Source: a virus (Duplodnaviria; Caudoviricetes). Taken from it: DNA of 64,000 bases. The stretch covers positions 138,519 to 202,518 of the IMG/VR virus record IMGVR_UViG_3300035182_002389; one strand, given 5' to 3'. The position numbers and the translations under genes are program-made. The stretch's first letter is position 1. Each line of letters starts with the position of its first letter. The notes under the pieces were generated by a model. That model saw only the letters and a program-made list of their open reading frames with translations. It was not told the DNA's origin and made no database searches. Of this stretch, positions 42,548 to 52,115 are shown piece after piece.

Positions 42548-44185
42548 ATGACCGAAGGCTACAATCCGTTCACAGGCTTCTTCCTGTCGCCGAACCTCTG
42601 CTCCTTGTCCAACGAGGACACGAGCGGCCTTCAGAACGGCTGCCTCGCGTACGTGGAGGATGTCAACCGCTACTACCGCTACGCGGCCAACGGGACCGAC
42701 GCGCCGCTCGACGGCGTCTACGTGGTCTCGACGTGGACGGGCCCCATCAACCCGGGCTGCGACCCGCTGCCGCCCGGCCTCAACGCGCACGGTACCGACA
42801 AGCCGCGATGGGTCCTCACCAACCTCGCCGACGCGATCGGGACCACGGCCAACTCGACCAAGTGGTTCATCGACGCCGTCTTCGGCAACGACAACAACAT
42901 CGGCACCGTCCCGAGCAAACCGCTCCAGACGTTCCGCGAGCTGGGTCGGCGCTGGAGGAACGGCGCGACCTACAACACCGACTACATCTTCGTCACGATC
43001 CTCTCGGATCACTTGCTCGACGACGACGTCATCGACATCTGCCGACCGCTCGGCGACCCCAACCAGAGCCAAAACTTCCCCATCATCATCCAGGGAAAGC
43101 GTCAGGATCCTGTCAGTTCCGGCGTCATCGGACCAGTCTCGGTCGGCGTCTACCACGCCGCTCCCGTGTCTCCTGGCATCGCAGCCGGAGGCCACGGCGT
43201 TCTGCTCGACATCGGCGCTCTCGGCGCGGCGTATCCGAACAGCTTCCTGCAAATCACCCGCCCCGGCGTTCTCCTCAATGCGTGGATGTGCTTGGTCGGA
43301 GTCTACAACTCCGGCACACCCCCGCTCGACTACTCGACTCCCATCGTTCTGCAAGCGGTCGCTCCGTCGCCTGCCATCCCACCGGACCCCGCCCTCAACC
43401 AAGACTCTCCCGTTCCAGGCGACACCTTCAACGTTCTCGGGGACGGATGCAGCATCCCCGACACCATCGTGCTCGACATTCCGTCGTTCGCCGAGGTCTG
43501 GTTCTACGACGTCGAGCTGCGGCAGGGGACGCCCACCACGCCGACCGCCGTGCAGAACCTTCAGTCTGGCGCGATGCGCTTCTACCGTTCTTCGGGATCC
43601 TCGGCGAATCCTGCACGGCTCTACACCGGGCCGAACTCCCAGGTGTCCCTCTACTTCATGGGGAGCACCACCAAGGACATCCAGGTCCTCATGCGAAACC
43701 CGGCCACCTCGGCCGGACAAAGCAGCTACTCGATCAGCGGCGGGCTTCGCCTGGACGCTTCCCTCTACGACAACAATCAGGGCATCGACGCCAACGCCGT
43801 CGACTTCTGGAACGATTCCGTCTTCGCGCCAGGCGCCTACGTCACCCTCCAAAGCGGGCGCATCCTCACGGTCGTCGACCTGTGGATCCAGTACAACGTC
43901 GCAACGAGCATCCGCAGCTCTGGCGGCGTCATCTTCTTCAACAACGCGCTCTACGGCAGCGGCAACCTTGCCGACATCATGCAACTCGGCGAGTACACCA
44001 AGGGCGTGTACAGCAGCGCTGCGCAACTCACCGTCGCTGCCAACCTTGGCGCCGCTCAATCGGGCGGCATCAACTACCTCAACGGCGTCTCGAAGACGTT
44101 CGTTCCCGCCGACCTGCCGTTCGTCTCCATCGCCACAGGTGCCGACTCGCAATCCGGCATGATCAAGCGAGGCGGCGGCATCTAA
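42548..44185 (+). CDS. Putative tailspike-like beta-helix protein with shared N-terminal module
   Basis: LSNEDTSGLQNGCLAYVED; WFIDAVFGNDNNIGTVPSKPLQT beta-helix cap motif; Gly/Ser/Asn-rich C-terminus. Confidence 0.65.
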   Translation: MTEGYNPFTGFFLSPNLCSLSNEDTSGLQNGCLAYVEDVNRYYRYAANGTDAPLDGVYVVSTWTGPINPGCDPLPPGLNAHGTDKPRWVLTNLADAIGTTANSTKWFIDAVFGNDNNIGTVPSKPLQTFRELGRRWRNGATYNTDYIFVTILSDHLLDDDVIDICRPLGDPNQSQNFPIIIQGKRQDPVSSGVIGPVSVGVYHAAPVSPGIAAGGHGVLLDIGALGAAYPNSFLQITRPGVLLNAWMCLVGVYNSGTPPLDYSTPIVLQAVAPSPAIPPDPALNQDSPVPGDTFNVLGDGCSIPDTIVLDIPSFAEVWFYDVELRQGTPTTPTAVQNLQSGAMRFYRSSGSSANPARLYTGPNSQVSLYFMGSTTKDIQVLMRNPATSAGQSSYSISGGLRLDASLYDNNQGIDANAVDFWNDSVFAPGAYVTLQSGRILTVVDLWIQYNVATSIRSSGGVIFFNNALYGSGNLADIMQLGEYTKGVYSSAAQLTVAANLGAAQSGGINYLNGVSKTFVPADLPFVSIATGADSQSGMIKRGGGI

Positions 44186-44200
44186 CCAGCCTCCAGGGCA

Positions 44201-44246
44201 AACGAAAGGAGGGAAGGGCGTTCGCCCGACCCTCCTTCGTTGTTTT
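44201..44246. terminator. Bidirectional terminator between convergent genes
   Basis: AACGAAAGGAGGG..GGGC-GTTC-GCCC..CCCTCCTTCGTT then GTTTT. Confidence 0.75.
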
Positions 44247-44306
44247 GATGGCCGACTTCTACCGCCCTCGCCGCCACCATTTCACCTTCTGATCATCCGT
44301 TCGCCG

Positions 44307-44630
44307 TCAGCCAATCACCTCGACGCCTTCGTTCTGTGCGCGGACGCGGAAGAACCACGTCTCGTTCCGGCGGGACGCGACGTACTCCTTGCCCTTGAAG
44401 ATGAACGGGCCGTTCTTCTTGAGGCGGTCGACGAGACCCTTCACGTGCACGCTCATCTGCTCGCGAACGGTCTTGATCCGAACCTCCAGCGTCTCGATTT
44501 CGGCGGACATTTTCTCGTAGGAAACGAAGAGCGCCTCCTTCTCCACCGCCGTCAAGGGCGGCAGCTCCGGGACGTCCGTCTTCTCTTCCGCCGTCTTCTT
44601 CTCGTCCGTTTTCTCGGCCGTATCGTTCAT
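44307..44630 (-). CDS. Coiled-coil hypothetical protein (107 aa)
   Basis: AAAGGAG RBS before ATG at 44630. Confidence 0.7.
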   Translation of the reverse strand: MNDTAEKTDEKKTAEEKTDVPELPPLTAVEKEALFVSYEKMSAEIETLEVRIKTVREQMSVHVKGLVDRLKKNGPFIFKGKEYVASRRNETWFFRVRAQNEGVEVIG

Positions 44631-44681
44631 GGTGCTCTCCTTTGGGCCGTCCACGACCCATGCCTGTGATAGCATTTTCTC

Positions 44682-44945
44682 ATGGGCGACTGGCAAGAAG
44701 ATGCGAGAAAACCGATCAAGCAAGGCAAGTGCGTCTGGTGCAATGGCTCTCGACTAAGCATAACTCTTTCCCAAGAACGCCAGACCATCCTGGCGAAGCA
44801 ATGGGATCAGAAAATCCTCTCGATGCCTCCCTCCGCTACGCGCGCCGAAGCGTCCAGGCTCCGAGAAATGCGCAAGAGGGTCGACCAGGCCAAGGCCGGC
44901 AAGTTGTGCGAGACGTGCGTCGGCTGGCTCGAAAAGGGCGCGTAG
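44682..44945 (+). CDS. Small Zn-binding protein (CxxC..CxxC), probably leaderless
   Basis: CVWC and CETC; TG-A-TAGCAT 6 nt before ATG. Confidence 0.6.
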   Translation: MGDWQEDARKPIKQGKCVWCNGSRLSITLSQERQTILAKQWDQKILSMPPSATRAEASRLREMRKRVDQAKAGKLCETCVGWLEKGA

Positions 44946-45022
44946 TCGAAGCGTCGGCGGTGCTTCGCGCGAGGAAGCGTAGACCTCCCACCGAATACGC
45001 GTGGTAGTCTCAGCCCAGGCTC

Positions 45023-45517
45023 ATGCTCCTCCGCAAGTGTCAGGCGCCAGGCTGCGAGCACACGTTCATCGTGGGCGCACGCAACGCGCATCAGAAGTAC
45101 CACTGCCGAAGTTGCGGAGAGGCCGACCGGAAACGGTGGATGCGCCCCGAGCGGCAGCAATACATGCGCGGATACATGCGCGACTACCTTGTCGGCTACG
45201 TTCGTCCTGAAGACCGGGCCAACGACGGCGAGGAGATGCCCAGCGCCATGGTTGCCGGCGCGGAGCCCGTCAGCGAACAAAAGGCAACGCCCAATCAGGA
45301 GATCCTGATCGAGTCGCCCATCCTGACAACGCACCATCTAACAATCGCGCCTTCGACCAAGCCCGACCTCAGCCTCTCGTTTCTCAAGACTTCGAGCGCA
45401 CGAGAAAAAGATTCAGAGCCCGCCACGGAGGCCGATTCTGCGCCCAAGACCTACGATGACGAAGCGTCGGGGCACGTCCTGCTCTCGCGCAAGAAGCGGC
45501 TTGTCAAAAGTCGCTGA
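45023..45517 (+). CDS. Zn-finger hypothetical protein
   Basis: CQAPGC..HCRSC then charged helix YMRGYMRDY. Confidence 0.6.
   Translation: MLLRKCQAPGCEHTFIVGARNAHQKYHCRSCGEADRKRWMRPERQQYMRGYMRDYLVGYVRPEDRANDGEEMPSAMVAGAEPVSEQKATPNQEILIESPILTTHHLTIAPSTKPDLSLSFLKTSSAREKDSEPATEADSAPKTYDDEASGHVLLSRKKRLVKSR
45498..45512. promoter_or_regulatory. Palindromic operator GGCTT-GTCAA-AAGTC
   Basis: In last codons of 45023 gene, 14 nt before ATG 45527. Confidence 0.7.
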
Positions 45518-45526
45518 AAGACGCCC

Positions 45527-48109
45527 ATGCTCATTCGCGTTCGCCACATCCCCATCACGCCGTACGCCATGCTTCCCGCAGGAGCTGCCGTCGGGGTTTA
45601 CATCCCCGGCGTCAGCGAAATCGGTCACGCGCTGGAGAAGGGGTACAACGCTGCAAAAAGCGCACTCAATAAAATCGGCGACGCATTCGAGAGCGCCGGC
45701 AAATGGATCGGGGAGAACGTTGGGGCCGGAGGCAAGTGGCTCTGGGAACACGACCCGATCATGCAGCTCGGGTACAAGATCGCGAAGGGCGAAAACGTCT
45801 GGCAAGCGCTCAAGGAGGTCGGCGCCATCATCGGCGAAGACATCCGCATCTTCGGGCCCTACCTCGCCTACATCCCCGGCGTCGGAACGGCGGCGGCGAT
45901 GGCCATCGCGGCAGGCCTTGCGCTCGCCAACGGCAAGAGCCTCACCGAGATCGCCATCGAGACCATGCGCGGAGCCATTCCGCCAGGGCCGTTCCAGACC
46001 GCATTCGATACCGCCAACGCGCTCCTCCACGGCAAGAGCATCACGGACGCCGCACTCGAAGCGCTCCACAAGGAGTATCCGGCGGCCTACGACGTCGCAA
46101 AAGCGGCCATCGACGTCGCCAAGGGCGGCAGCATCACCGAAGCTGCGCTCTCGGCCCTCCGCGACCAGTTGCCGCCCGAAGCGCAAGGGGCCCTGGACGC
46201 AGGCATCGCCATCGCGAAGGGCAAGCGCGTCCAAGACGCTCTGCTCGACGGCATCCGCACGGCCCTGCCGCCCGACTATCAGGAAGCCTTCGACGTTGCC
46301 CGCGACGTCGCCAACGGCAAGAACATCGTCGACGTCGCGATCGCCGAAGCCAAGAGGCAACTGCCTCCCGAAGCGCAGGCGTACGCGGACGTCGCCATCG
46401 CGCTGATCAAGGGCGCGAAGGTTTCCGACGTTCTCATTCAGGCCGCGCGCGCCGCCATTCCCGCCGAATACCTCAAGTATTTCGACATGGCGATGAATCT
46501 CAAGAGCGTCGACGCATCCGCCGTCATCGCCGCTGTCAAGGCGCAAGTTCCTGCGAACACGCCCATCGATCAGGTCTACGCCATCGCGAAGAACTTGCAG
46601 ACGACGGGCGCTGCAACCGGAGGCGTGCGCGCGGTTGTTCGCGGAAACTCCATCGCGTTCGAGGCCAGACCACACATCGCGCTCGGAGGCCTCTTTCCGA
46701 CCCGTCCGCCGCAGTACCGACAAGTGTCCGTCGGCGCAGGGGCCATCGTCAACGCTGCCCTCAACGTCGCGATCGAAGAGCTGCGCCAACGGCTCCCCAG
46801 CGAACCTGCCGCGCAGGCTGCGTTCCAAGCCGCCGTCGATCTCGTCAAGGGAAAGAGCCTCGAAGACGTCGCCATCGAGGTCTCCAAGAGCTTCGTCCCG
46901 CAAGAATACCAAGACGCATACGGCAAGGCTGCAAAGGTCGCCGACGACGTCATTCACGGTGCCAACCTCGGCGACGTTGGCATGGACGCAATCCGCGCCA
47001 ACCTCCCCGATGGAGCTGCCGGATACGCCGATCTCGCACTTCGCTTCGTTCAAGGCGAAAAATCAACCGATGCGGCGCTGGCTGCCGCTCGCCTGCTCCT
47101 CCCCGCAAACGCGCAAGGCGCATTCGATCTCGCCATGAGCCTCGCCAGCCAGAGCGCGAGCTTCCGGCAAGCGGCCATCGACGCCGTCAAGGCTGCCATG
47201 ACCCCAGGCCAAGACCTCAACACGGCCTTCGACCAGGCCGTCTCGCTCGCGAAGGACCAGATCCCACAAAGCTTCATCGACGATCTCAAAACGAAGGCGG
47301 CCATCGGAGACGAACTCAAGGCCGCTTTCGATCAGGTCATCGAACTTGCCAAGGGAAAGGCCATTCAGAGCATCGCGACCGAGATCGTGAAGGGATACAT
47401 CCCCGACGATTTCAAGGCCTCATACCAAAAGGTCGCGGATTTTGCGAACCAAGCGCCCACGAGCGACGCTGCGCTCAACGTCTTTCGACAGAAAGTGTCT
47501 CCAGCCGGACAACACGTCGTCGACAGCGCCACCGCTTTGTTCAAGGGAGCGGCGCCAGAGAACATCGCCAACGACGCCGTGGTCCAGGATGTCGTTGCAC
47601 GGGTCGTCGCCTACCAGAAGAGCGCCGCTGCCTACCAAAAGGTCGCCGCACCCAGAACGGCCGTTCCTGCCCCGATCCTCGCCCGCGTGACAAGGCTTCG
47701 GTCCAACATGCTCGCCTCCGTCAACGGAACGTCTGATCCGGCGTCCGACCCTCTGCGGTCCCCAGACTTGATCGTCGTCGTTGCACCCGGCGAAGAAGAC
47801 TGGACCGCATACAACCAGGCTCTCGAAGACATTGCTCGACGACGGGCCGCGCTCGGCCAGTCCAACCCGTACCTCGGATCGCCCATCGATCCAGATTTTC
47901 AGAAAGCGATCGACGCCAAAACTGCGCAATACCAGGCGGAGATGGCTCCCAAGATCAACGCGCGCCGTTTTCTTCGTCTCGAAGGCGCAGTCGAAGAATC
48001 GGCCGAGGGCGCAACTAAGGGCAAGAGCACGATCAAAACCGTCGCCCTCGTCGCCGGCGGAGGAGCCCTCGCCTACTATTTGATCAGGCGCCGCAGGCAC
48101 GCTCCCTAG
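45527..48109 (+). CDS. 860-aa alpha-helical repeat protein with C-terminal membrane anchor
   Basis: ~15 units of ~32-33 aa (GKSITDAALEAL..LPP..QxAFDxAxxxxK); TM VALVAGGGALAYYLIRRRR. Confidence 0.8.
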   Translation: MLIRVRHIPITPYAMLPAGAAVGVYIPGVSEIGHALEKGYNAAKSALNKIGDAFESAGKWIGENVGAGGKWLWEHDPIMQLGYKIAKGENVWQALKEVGAIIGEDIRIFGPYLAYIPGVGTAAAMAIAAGLALANGKSLTEIAIETMRGAIPPGPFQTAFDTANALLHGKSITDAALEALHKEYPAAYDVAKAAIDVAKGGSITEAALSALRDQLPPEAQGALDAGIAIAKGKRVQDALLDGIRTALPPDYQEAFDVARDVANGKNIVDVAIAEAKRQLPPEAQAYADVAIALIKGAKVSDVLIQAARAAIPAEYLKYFDMAMNLKSVDASAVIAAVKAQVPANTPIDQVYAIAKNLQTTGAATGGVRAVVRGNSIAFEARPHIALGGLFPTRPPQYRQVSVGAGAIVNAALNVAIEELRQRLPSEPAAQAAFQAAVDLVKGKSLEDVAIEVSKSFVPQEYQDAYGKAAKVADDVIHGANLGDVGMDAIRANLPDGAAGYADLALRFVQGEKSTDAALAAARLLLPANAQGAFDLAMSLASQSASFRQAAIDAVKAAMTPGQDLNTAFDQAVSLAKDQIPQSFIDDLKTKAAIGDELKAAFDQVIELAKGKAIQSIATEIVKGYIPDDFKASYQKVADFANQAPTSDAALNVFRQKVSPAGQHVVDSATALFKGAAPENIANDAVVQDVVARVVAYQKSAAAYQKVAAPRTAVPAPILARVTRLRSNMLASVNGTSDPASDPLRSPDLIVVVAPGEEDWTAYNQALEDIARRRAALGQSNPYLGSPIDPDFQKAIDAKTAQYQAEMAPKINARRFLRLEGAVEESAEGATKGKSTIKTVALVAGGGALAYYLIRRRRHAP

Positions 48110-48158
48110 ACCGCTCGTCCAACGAAGAAAAGACGTGTACGCTACTGCTCGTCAGCGC

Positions 48159-48173
48159 GACTTTCCGTAAGCC
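48159..48173. promoter_or_regulatory. Palindromic operator GACTT-TCCGT-AAGCC
   Basis: Intergenic, 18 nt before ATG 48192. Confidence 0.75.
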
Positions 48174-48191
48174 ACCGTCGGGAGACACCGC

Positions 48192-48548
48192 ATGCCCCCG
48201 CGCACCAGCCCAAGCATCGATCCGAAGAGCATCCCCTACGACGTCTACGCTCTCGCGTATGCGCTGGCCGACGCTCTGATCCCCAAGTTCACGTGGGTGC
48301 TCACGACCATCGACCAGAACCAGCAGATCACCGTGAGCACGGAGCTGCTCGACGACGTCAACCTGTTCGTCGAATGCGGATCGGCCGGCATCGTCGAGTT
48401 TCAGCTCGAAAAGGACGGGGGCGCCAAGTACACCCAACAAAGCGTCGTTGCGGGGCAGAGAATCTTCGGGAGGTTCAAGAGAATCGGCCCGAACACCAAC
48501 GTCTACCCGCTCATCGGCTACGGCAACTCGTCGCAGCGGTCGCGCTGA
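48192..48548 (+). CDS. Hypothetical protein (118 aa)
   Basis: GGGAG RBS. Confidence 0.7.
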   Translation: MPPRTSPSIDPKSIPYDVYALAYALADALIPKFTWVLTTIDQNQQITVSTELLDDVNLFVECGSAGIVEFQLEKDGGAKYTQQSVVAGQRIFGRFKRIGPNTNVYPLIGYGNSSQRSR

Positions 48549-48558
48549 AGGATTTCGC

Positions 48559-48756
48559 ATGAGCCCTCGAAACCACATCCTCCCCGTTCTTCCGCTTGCC
48601 CTGTCGGTTCTCACCGCCGGAGGCGTTCTCAGCTCCTACGTCGGGTGTTCCGGGGCCAACGGCGGCAAGGATGCGCGGGCCGAAAGCGCCACGGCACAAC
48701 CGTCCGCTCCGACTTCCAAGATCCTCACGGCGCCGAGCGCGTCGACCTCCAAGTAG
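48559..48756 (+). CDS. Small putative lipoprotein
   Basis: Hydrophobic signal LPVLPLALSVLTAGGVLSSYVG|C, Ser/Ala-rich tail. Confidence 0.45.
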   Translation: MSPRNHILPVLPLALSVLTAGGVLSSYVGCSGANGGKDARAESATAQPSAPTSKILTAPSASTSK

Positions 48757-48807
48757 TTCGCGAGCCTCGGCCCGCCCCAACGCCCCCACATCCACGAGGA
48801 GATCCAC

Positions 48808-50256
48808 ATGCACCGTCATTCCTGCGGCCGAGGCTTCTGCTCCGGCGAATGCAACACGCAAGACCCGCGCGAGCGCGACCGGAAGAGCCCCGCGTTCCCC
48901 AGCCGTTTCGACGGCATGGTTCCGATGCCTCCGCAGATGGCTCCCCCGCCCGCTGCTCCGCCGGCCGACATCAACGCGAACCCGCTGAACCAGCCGCCCT
49001 CGGACGTTCCCCCGTACATCCCCGGAGGGTTCACGTCCGACACCAACATGCCGTTCACGCCCGACCAGGGCGGCGGCAACACGGACATGACCTTCAACCC
49101 CGACCAGGGCGGCGGCGACGCCAACATGCCGTTCACGCCCGACCAGGGCGGCGGCGACGCCAACATGCCGTTCACGCCCGACCAGGGCGGCGGCGACGCC
49201 AACATGCCGTTCACGCCCGACCAGGGCGGCGGCCAAGTCATGACCCCGCAGCAGCCCGACATGCCGGCCTACAACCCCGCGCCCGACACCTCGAACGTCA
49301 TGCGCCCCGTCGATCAGGGGGGTCAAGACGGTCAAGGAACCGTCGTTCAACCGCAGGGCCAAGGCGACCAGGGCGGTTTCACGACCAACATCATGATGCC
49401 CGATCAGAACACGTCGACGTCGGTCAACGAACCCATCGCGACCGAGCCTGCGCCCCCGCAGTACACGATCTCGAACCCGGGCATGATCAACGTCGCCTAC
49501 ACGCCTCCGGCTCCAGTTCTCGACGAGAAGGACCTCTGGGAGAAGCGACAGCGCGAAGCTGCCGCAGCCGCCCCGGCCCCGCAGGAGTTCTTCGGCATGA
49601 TGCGTCTCCCGCCTCCCACCTCCACGATCCAAGGAACGGCGTCGACGGGCGCGTGCCCCGGATGCGGCCGTTCGTACACGGGGGCTTCTGCGCGCAGCGG
49701 CACCGTCGCGCGCTGCCCGTACTGCGGCACGGCCATGTCCGCCTCTCTCGGCGGCATCACCCGCCCGTCGAGCCGTGTCGAGCGCACGCCCGCGGACAAG
49801 CTCGTCGAACGCCTCGTGAAGAACATCCAGGGCACCGCCCACACCTCCGGCGTCGGGCAGACCTACCTGCCGGGAGGCCCGCGCGTCTCCTCGACCCCCG
49901 CCGAGGACCTCATCGCGCGAGGCCTCAAGAACTCGCAGCTCAACTGGCGCGGCGGCCAGTCGGCCGGCGTTCACGGCGCCATGCACGCGGACATGCGCGG
50001 CGCGACGAAAACGCACGCCGACCACCTCGTCGAGCGTCAAATCGCGATGGCCCACATCCGGCGCAACCCTGCGGCCGTGCACGCCCACGTCTCCGGGATC
50101 GTCAACCATCCCGCGTCGACGGCCGGCGTCTCCATCGCCGATCCGGCCCTCGTCGAGTACCGCAGCGGCGGCATCTCGTACGGCGCCATGTACCAGAGCC
50201 TCCGGGGCCGCGGGTACACCGACGCGCAGATCGCTGTCGCGCTGAGGATGCGATGA
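48808..50256 (+). CDS. Pro/Gly-rich protein with 13-aa repeats, Zn ribbon and His-rich C-terminus
   Basis: GAGGAG RBS; NMPFTPDQGGGDA repeats; CPGC..CPYC. Confidence 0.75.
   Translation: MHRHSCGRGFCSGECNTQDPRERDRKSPAFPSRFDGMVPMPPQMAPPPAAPPADINANPLNQPPSDVPPYIPGGFTSDTNMPFTPDQGGGNTDMTFNPDQGGGDANMPFTPDQGGGDANMPFTPDQGGGDANMPFTPDQGGGQVMTPQQPDMPAYNPAPDTSNVMRPVDQGGQDGQGTVVQPQGQGDQGGFTTNIMMPDQNTSTSVNEPIATEPAPPQYTISNPGMINVAYTPPAPVLDEKDLWEKRQREAAAAAPAPQEFFGMMRLPPPTSTIQGTASTGACPGCGRSYTGASARSGTVARCPYCGTAMSASLGGITRPSSRVERTPADKLVERLVKNIQGTAHTSGVGQTYLPGGPRVSSTPAEDLIARGLKNSQLNWRGGQSAGVHGAMHADMRGATKTHADHLVERQIAMAHIRRNPAAVHAHVSGIVNHPASTAGVSIADPALVEYRSGGISYGAMYQSLRGRGYTDAQIAVALRMR
49045..49233 (+). repeat. Five 39-bp in-frame tandem repeats
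   Basis: Units start 49045, 49084, 49123, 49162, 49201. Confidence 0.9.
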
Positions 50257-50543
50257 TCTGCGGCGGTTGCGGGCGCGAGTACCGAGGCGTGTCGAGCCGT
50301 AGCGGCACGCCGCGGTGCCCGTACTGCGACAAGCCGTACGGACAAGCGGCAACCGGCGCGACGAGGGTCGCCCCCGTCATCACCGCAGATCAGCGCGTCG
50401 TATTCCTGCCGAACCCGCTGAAGGACCGCCCGTTCTACCTCAAGCGCATCTACGACGCACCCACCAGCGACTCACCGATGGGTCCGATCGATCAGCAGAC
50501 CACCGCGCAGATTCGCGCGAGGATCATCGGACAGAAAGGGTAG
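50253..50543 (+). CDS. Zn-ribbon protein sharing its finger with 48808
   Basis: ATGA overlap; CGGCGREYRGVSSRSGTPRCPYC. Confidence 0.7.
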   Translation: MICGGCGREYRGVSSRSGTPRCPYCDKPYGQAATGATRVAPVITADQRVVFLPNPLKDRPFYLKRIYDAPTSDSPMGPIDQQTTAQIRARIIGQKG

Positions 50544-50545
50544 CC

Positions 50546-50893
50546 GTGTCGCCCTACGCCATGTCTCCGTACGCCTACGTCATCGAATACGGGCTCGCGC
50601 TCGGCACCATCACGCCCAGCGAAGTCCGCGACATCGGGCTCGACCCGAGAGACTTCTGGCCCGACTTCTCGCAAGTCGTTCCGAAGCCCGGCGTTCGGCA
50701 GACCAGCTACAAGGGCTCCAAGGTCACGACTCCGATGAAGCCGCCCTACCCCGCGAACGATCCCGTCCTGCAAGCCGTCGCGTACGGCTTGCAGAACGGA
50801 ATCATCGCGATCAAGCAGGTCGACTGGCTCGGGCTTCACCCTGCCTACTTGGTTCCGTCGAACGTTCACTTCCCGAAGCTGCGGACCGAGTAG
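50546..50893 (+). CDS. Hypothetical protein with two ~28-aa internal repeats
   Basis: YGLALGTITPSEVRDIGLDP / YGLQNGIIAIKQVDWLGLHP. Confidence 0.65.
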   Translation: MSPYAMSPYAYVIEYGLALGTITPSEVRDIGLDPRDFWPDFSQVVPKPGVRQTSYKGSKVTTPMKPPYPANDPVLQAVAYGLQNGIIAIKQVDWLGLHPAYLVPSNVHFPKLRTE

Positions 50894-50969
50894 GCCCGTC
50901 AGTCCTCCGCGCTCGTCGCTCTTGTGCGGCGACGACCAGAAGAAGATCATCGCCTTCACAGGAGACATC

Positions 50970-52019
50970 ATGGACTCGAAGACTCCCTACATCATCGGCG
51001 GCCTGGCCGTGCTCGGCGTCGGCGCCTACTTCCTGCTCCGCAAGACCCCGGTCACCGCTGCGGCGACTCCGGGAACTACCGCGCTGCCCGCCGGTGGAAC
51101 TCCCGTCGCCGGAACGCCCGCCACGACCGTCCCGCAGGCCATGCCTGCCGGGTGGCCGACCAGCATTCCGTGGCCGCCGCCCGGCCTGCCCGCCGGCACG
51201 GCGCTGCCGACCGCCAAGCCTGCATGGTGGCCCGCCGGCATCACCTACCCGCCGACCGTTCCGACGAACGTCTCGAACGTCCCGAGCAGCCTGCCCGGCA
51301 CCACGACGTCTCCCCAGCCGCCGGCCGAAGCCAAGTTCAACCGCCTCGGCGCGACCCCCGATCAGGAGGCGCAGGCCAAGCAGAACATGTGGCACGTGCT
51401 TCAGATGGTCGCGCTTGCCGACGCAACCGCGAATCCTGCCACGCTCGACGCGACGCACACCGTCGGCCTCGGTTCGAGCGACCCGAGCGGCACCTCCGCA
51501 GCGCAGAGCATCGCAATGCTCAACGACGCTCTCAACGGCGGCGGACAGTACGTCCTCATCAGCGTTCCCCCGACCGACGGATCGGGCAACGCCATGCCTC
51601 CGACCTTCCTGTTCACGAACCTCGAAGGCGCCATGTCTTCCGGTCTCGGCGCGGGCGTCGGCGGCCCGTGGACGCTCTTCCTCACCCCGAACGAGTGGCG
51701 CACCGTCGAAGCCGCCGTCGTCGCACAGGGAGCGCCTCCCGCCGTTCCGACTCTTCCGCAGAGCGCTCCGACGGGGTGGCCGGCGGGCGTCGCATGGCCC
51801 CCGACCGGATGGACCCCGGGGCAGCCCGTTCCCTCGACGGCTCCCTCGGGCTGGCCGGCCAGCATCCCCTGGCCTCCGACCTCCGCGAGCATCCCGGGAT
51901 TCACCCCGCCCGCCGGAACGCCCCAGATCCCGCCCAGCATCCCGACCGATCCGACGCAGTACGCCGCCTACATCGCCCAGCTCAAGGCCATGGGCCTCCC
52001 GGTCCCTCCCGGCGCCTGA
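50970..52019 (+). CDS. N-anchored membrane protein with GWP..WPP repeats flanking a globular domain
   Basis: AGGAG RBS; YIIGGLAVLGVGAYFLLRK; QYVLIS; WTLFLTPNEWRTV. Confidence 0.8.
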   Translation: MDSKTPYIIGGLAVLGVGAYFLLRKTPVTAAATPGTTALPAGGTPVAGTPATTVPQAMPAGWPTSIPWPPPGLPAGTALPTAKPAWWPAGITYPPTVPTNVSNVPSSLPGTTTSPQPPAEAKFNRLGATPDQEAQAKQNMWHVLQMVALADATANPATLDATHTVGLGSSDPSGTSAAQSIAMLNDALNGGGQYVLISVPPTDGSGNAMPPTFLFTNLEGAMSSGLGAGVGGPWTLFLTPNEWRTVEAAVVAQGAPPAVPTLPQSAPTGWPAGVAWPPTGWTPGQPVPSTAPSGWPASIPWPPTSASIPGFTPPAGTPQIPPSIPTDPTQYAAYIAQLKAMGLPVPPGA

Positions 52020-52038
52020 TTCGACCACGCGTTTTCGG

Positions 52039-52080
52039 TGGAGCCCTCGACGTCGCGCTTTGCGGCGTCGCAGGGCTCCA
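52039..52080. other. Long intergenic hairpin
   Basis: TGGAGCCCT-CGACGTCGC-GCTTT-GCGGCGTCG-C-AGGGCTCCA. Confidence 0.6.
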
Positions 52081-52115
52081 TGATGCTGCGGGGTTCGCCC
52101 GCCAAGAGAAACCTC

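Noticed and set aside
45527-48109. Classical tailed-phage tape measure protein
   Set aside because: No tail tube, chaperone or baseplate genes nearby; C-terminal single anchor and 32-33-aa repeat differ from typical tape measures
49045-49233. 39-bp repeats as a CRISPR array
   Set aside because: Units are contiguous, in frame within a CDS, with no unique spacers and no cas genes
48511-50352. Long antisense or alternate-frame ORFs (also 45413-47053, 42464-44152, 42733-44292, 25937-26929, 50811-52505, 33433-34563)
   Set aside because: Shadows of GC3-biased real genes on the + strand; Arg/Ala/Gly-rich, no RBS, no motifs
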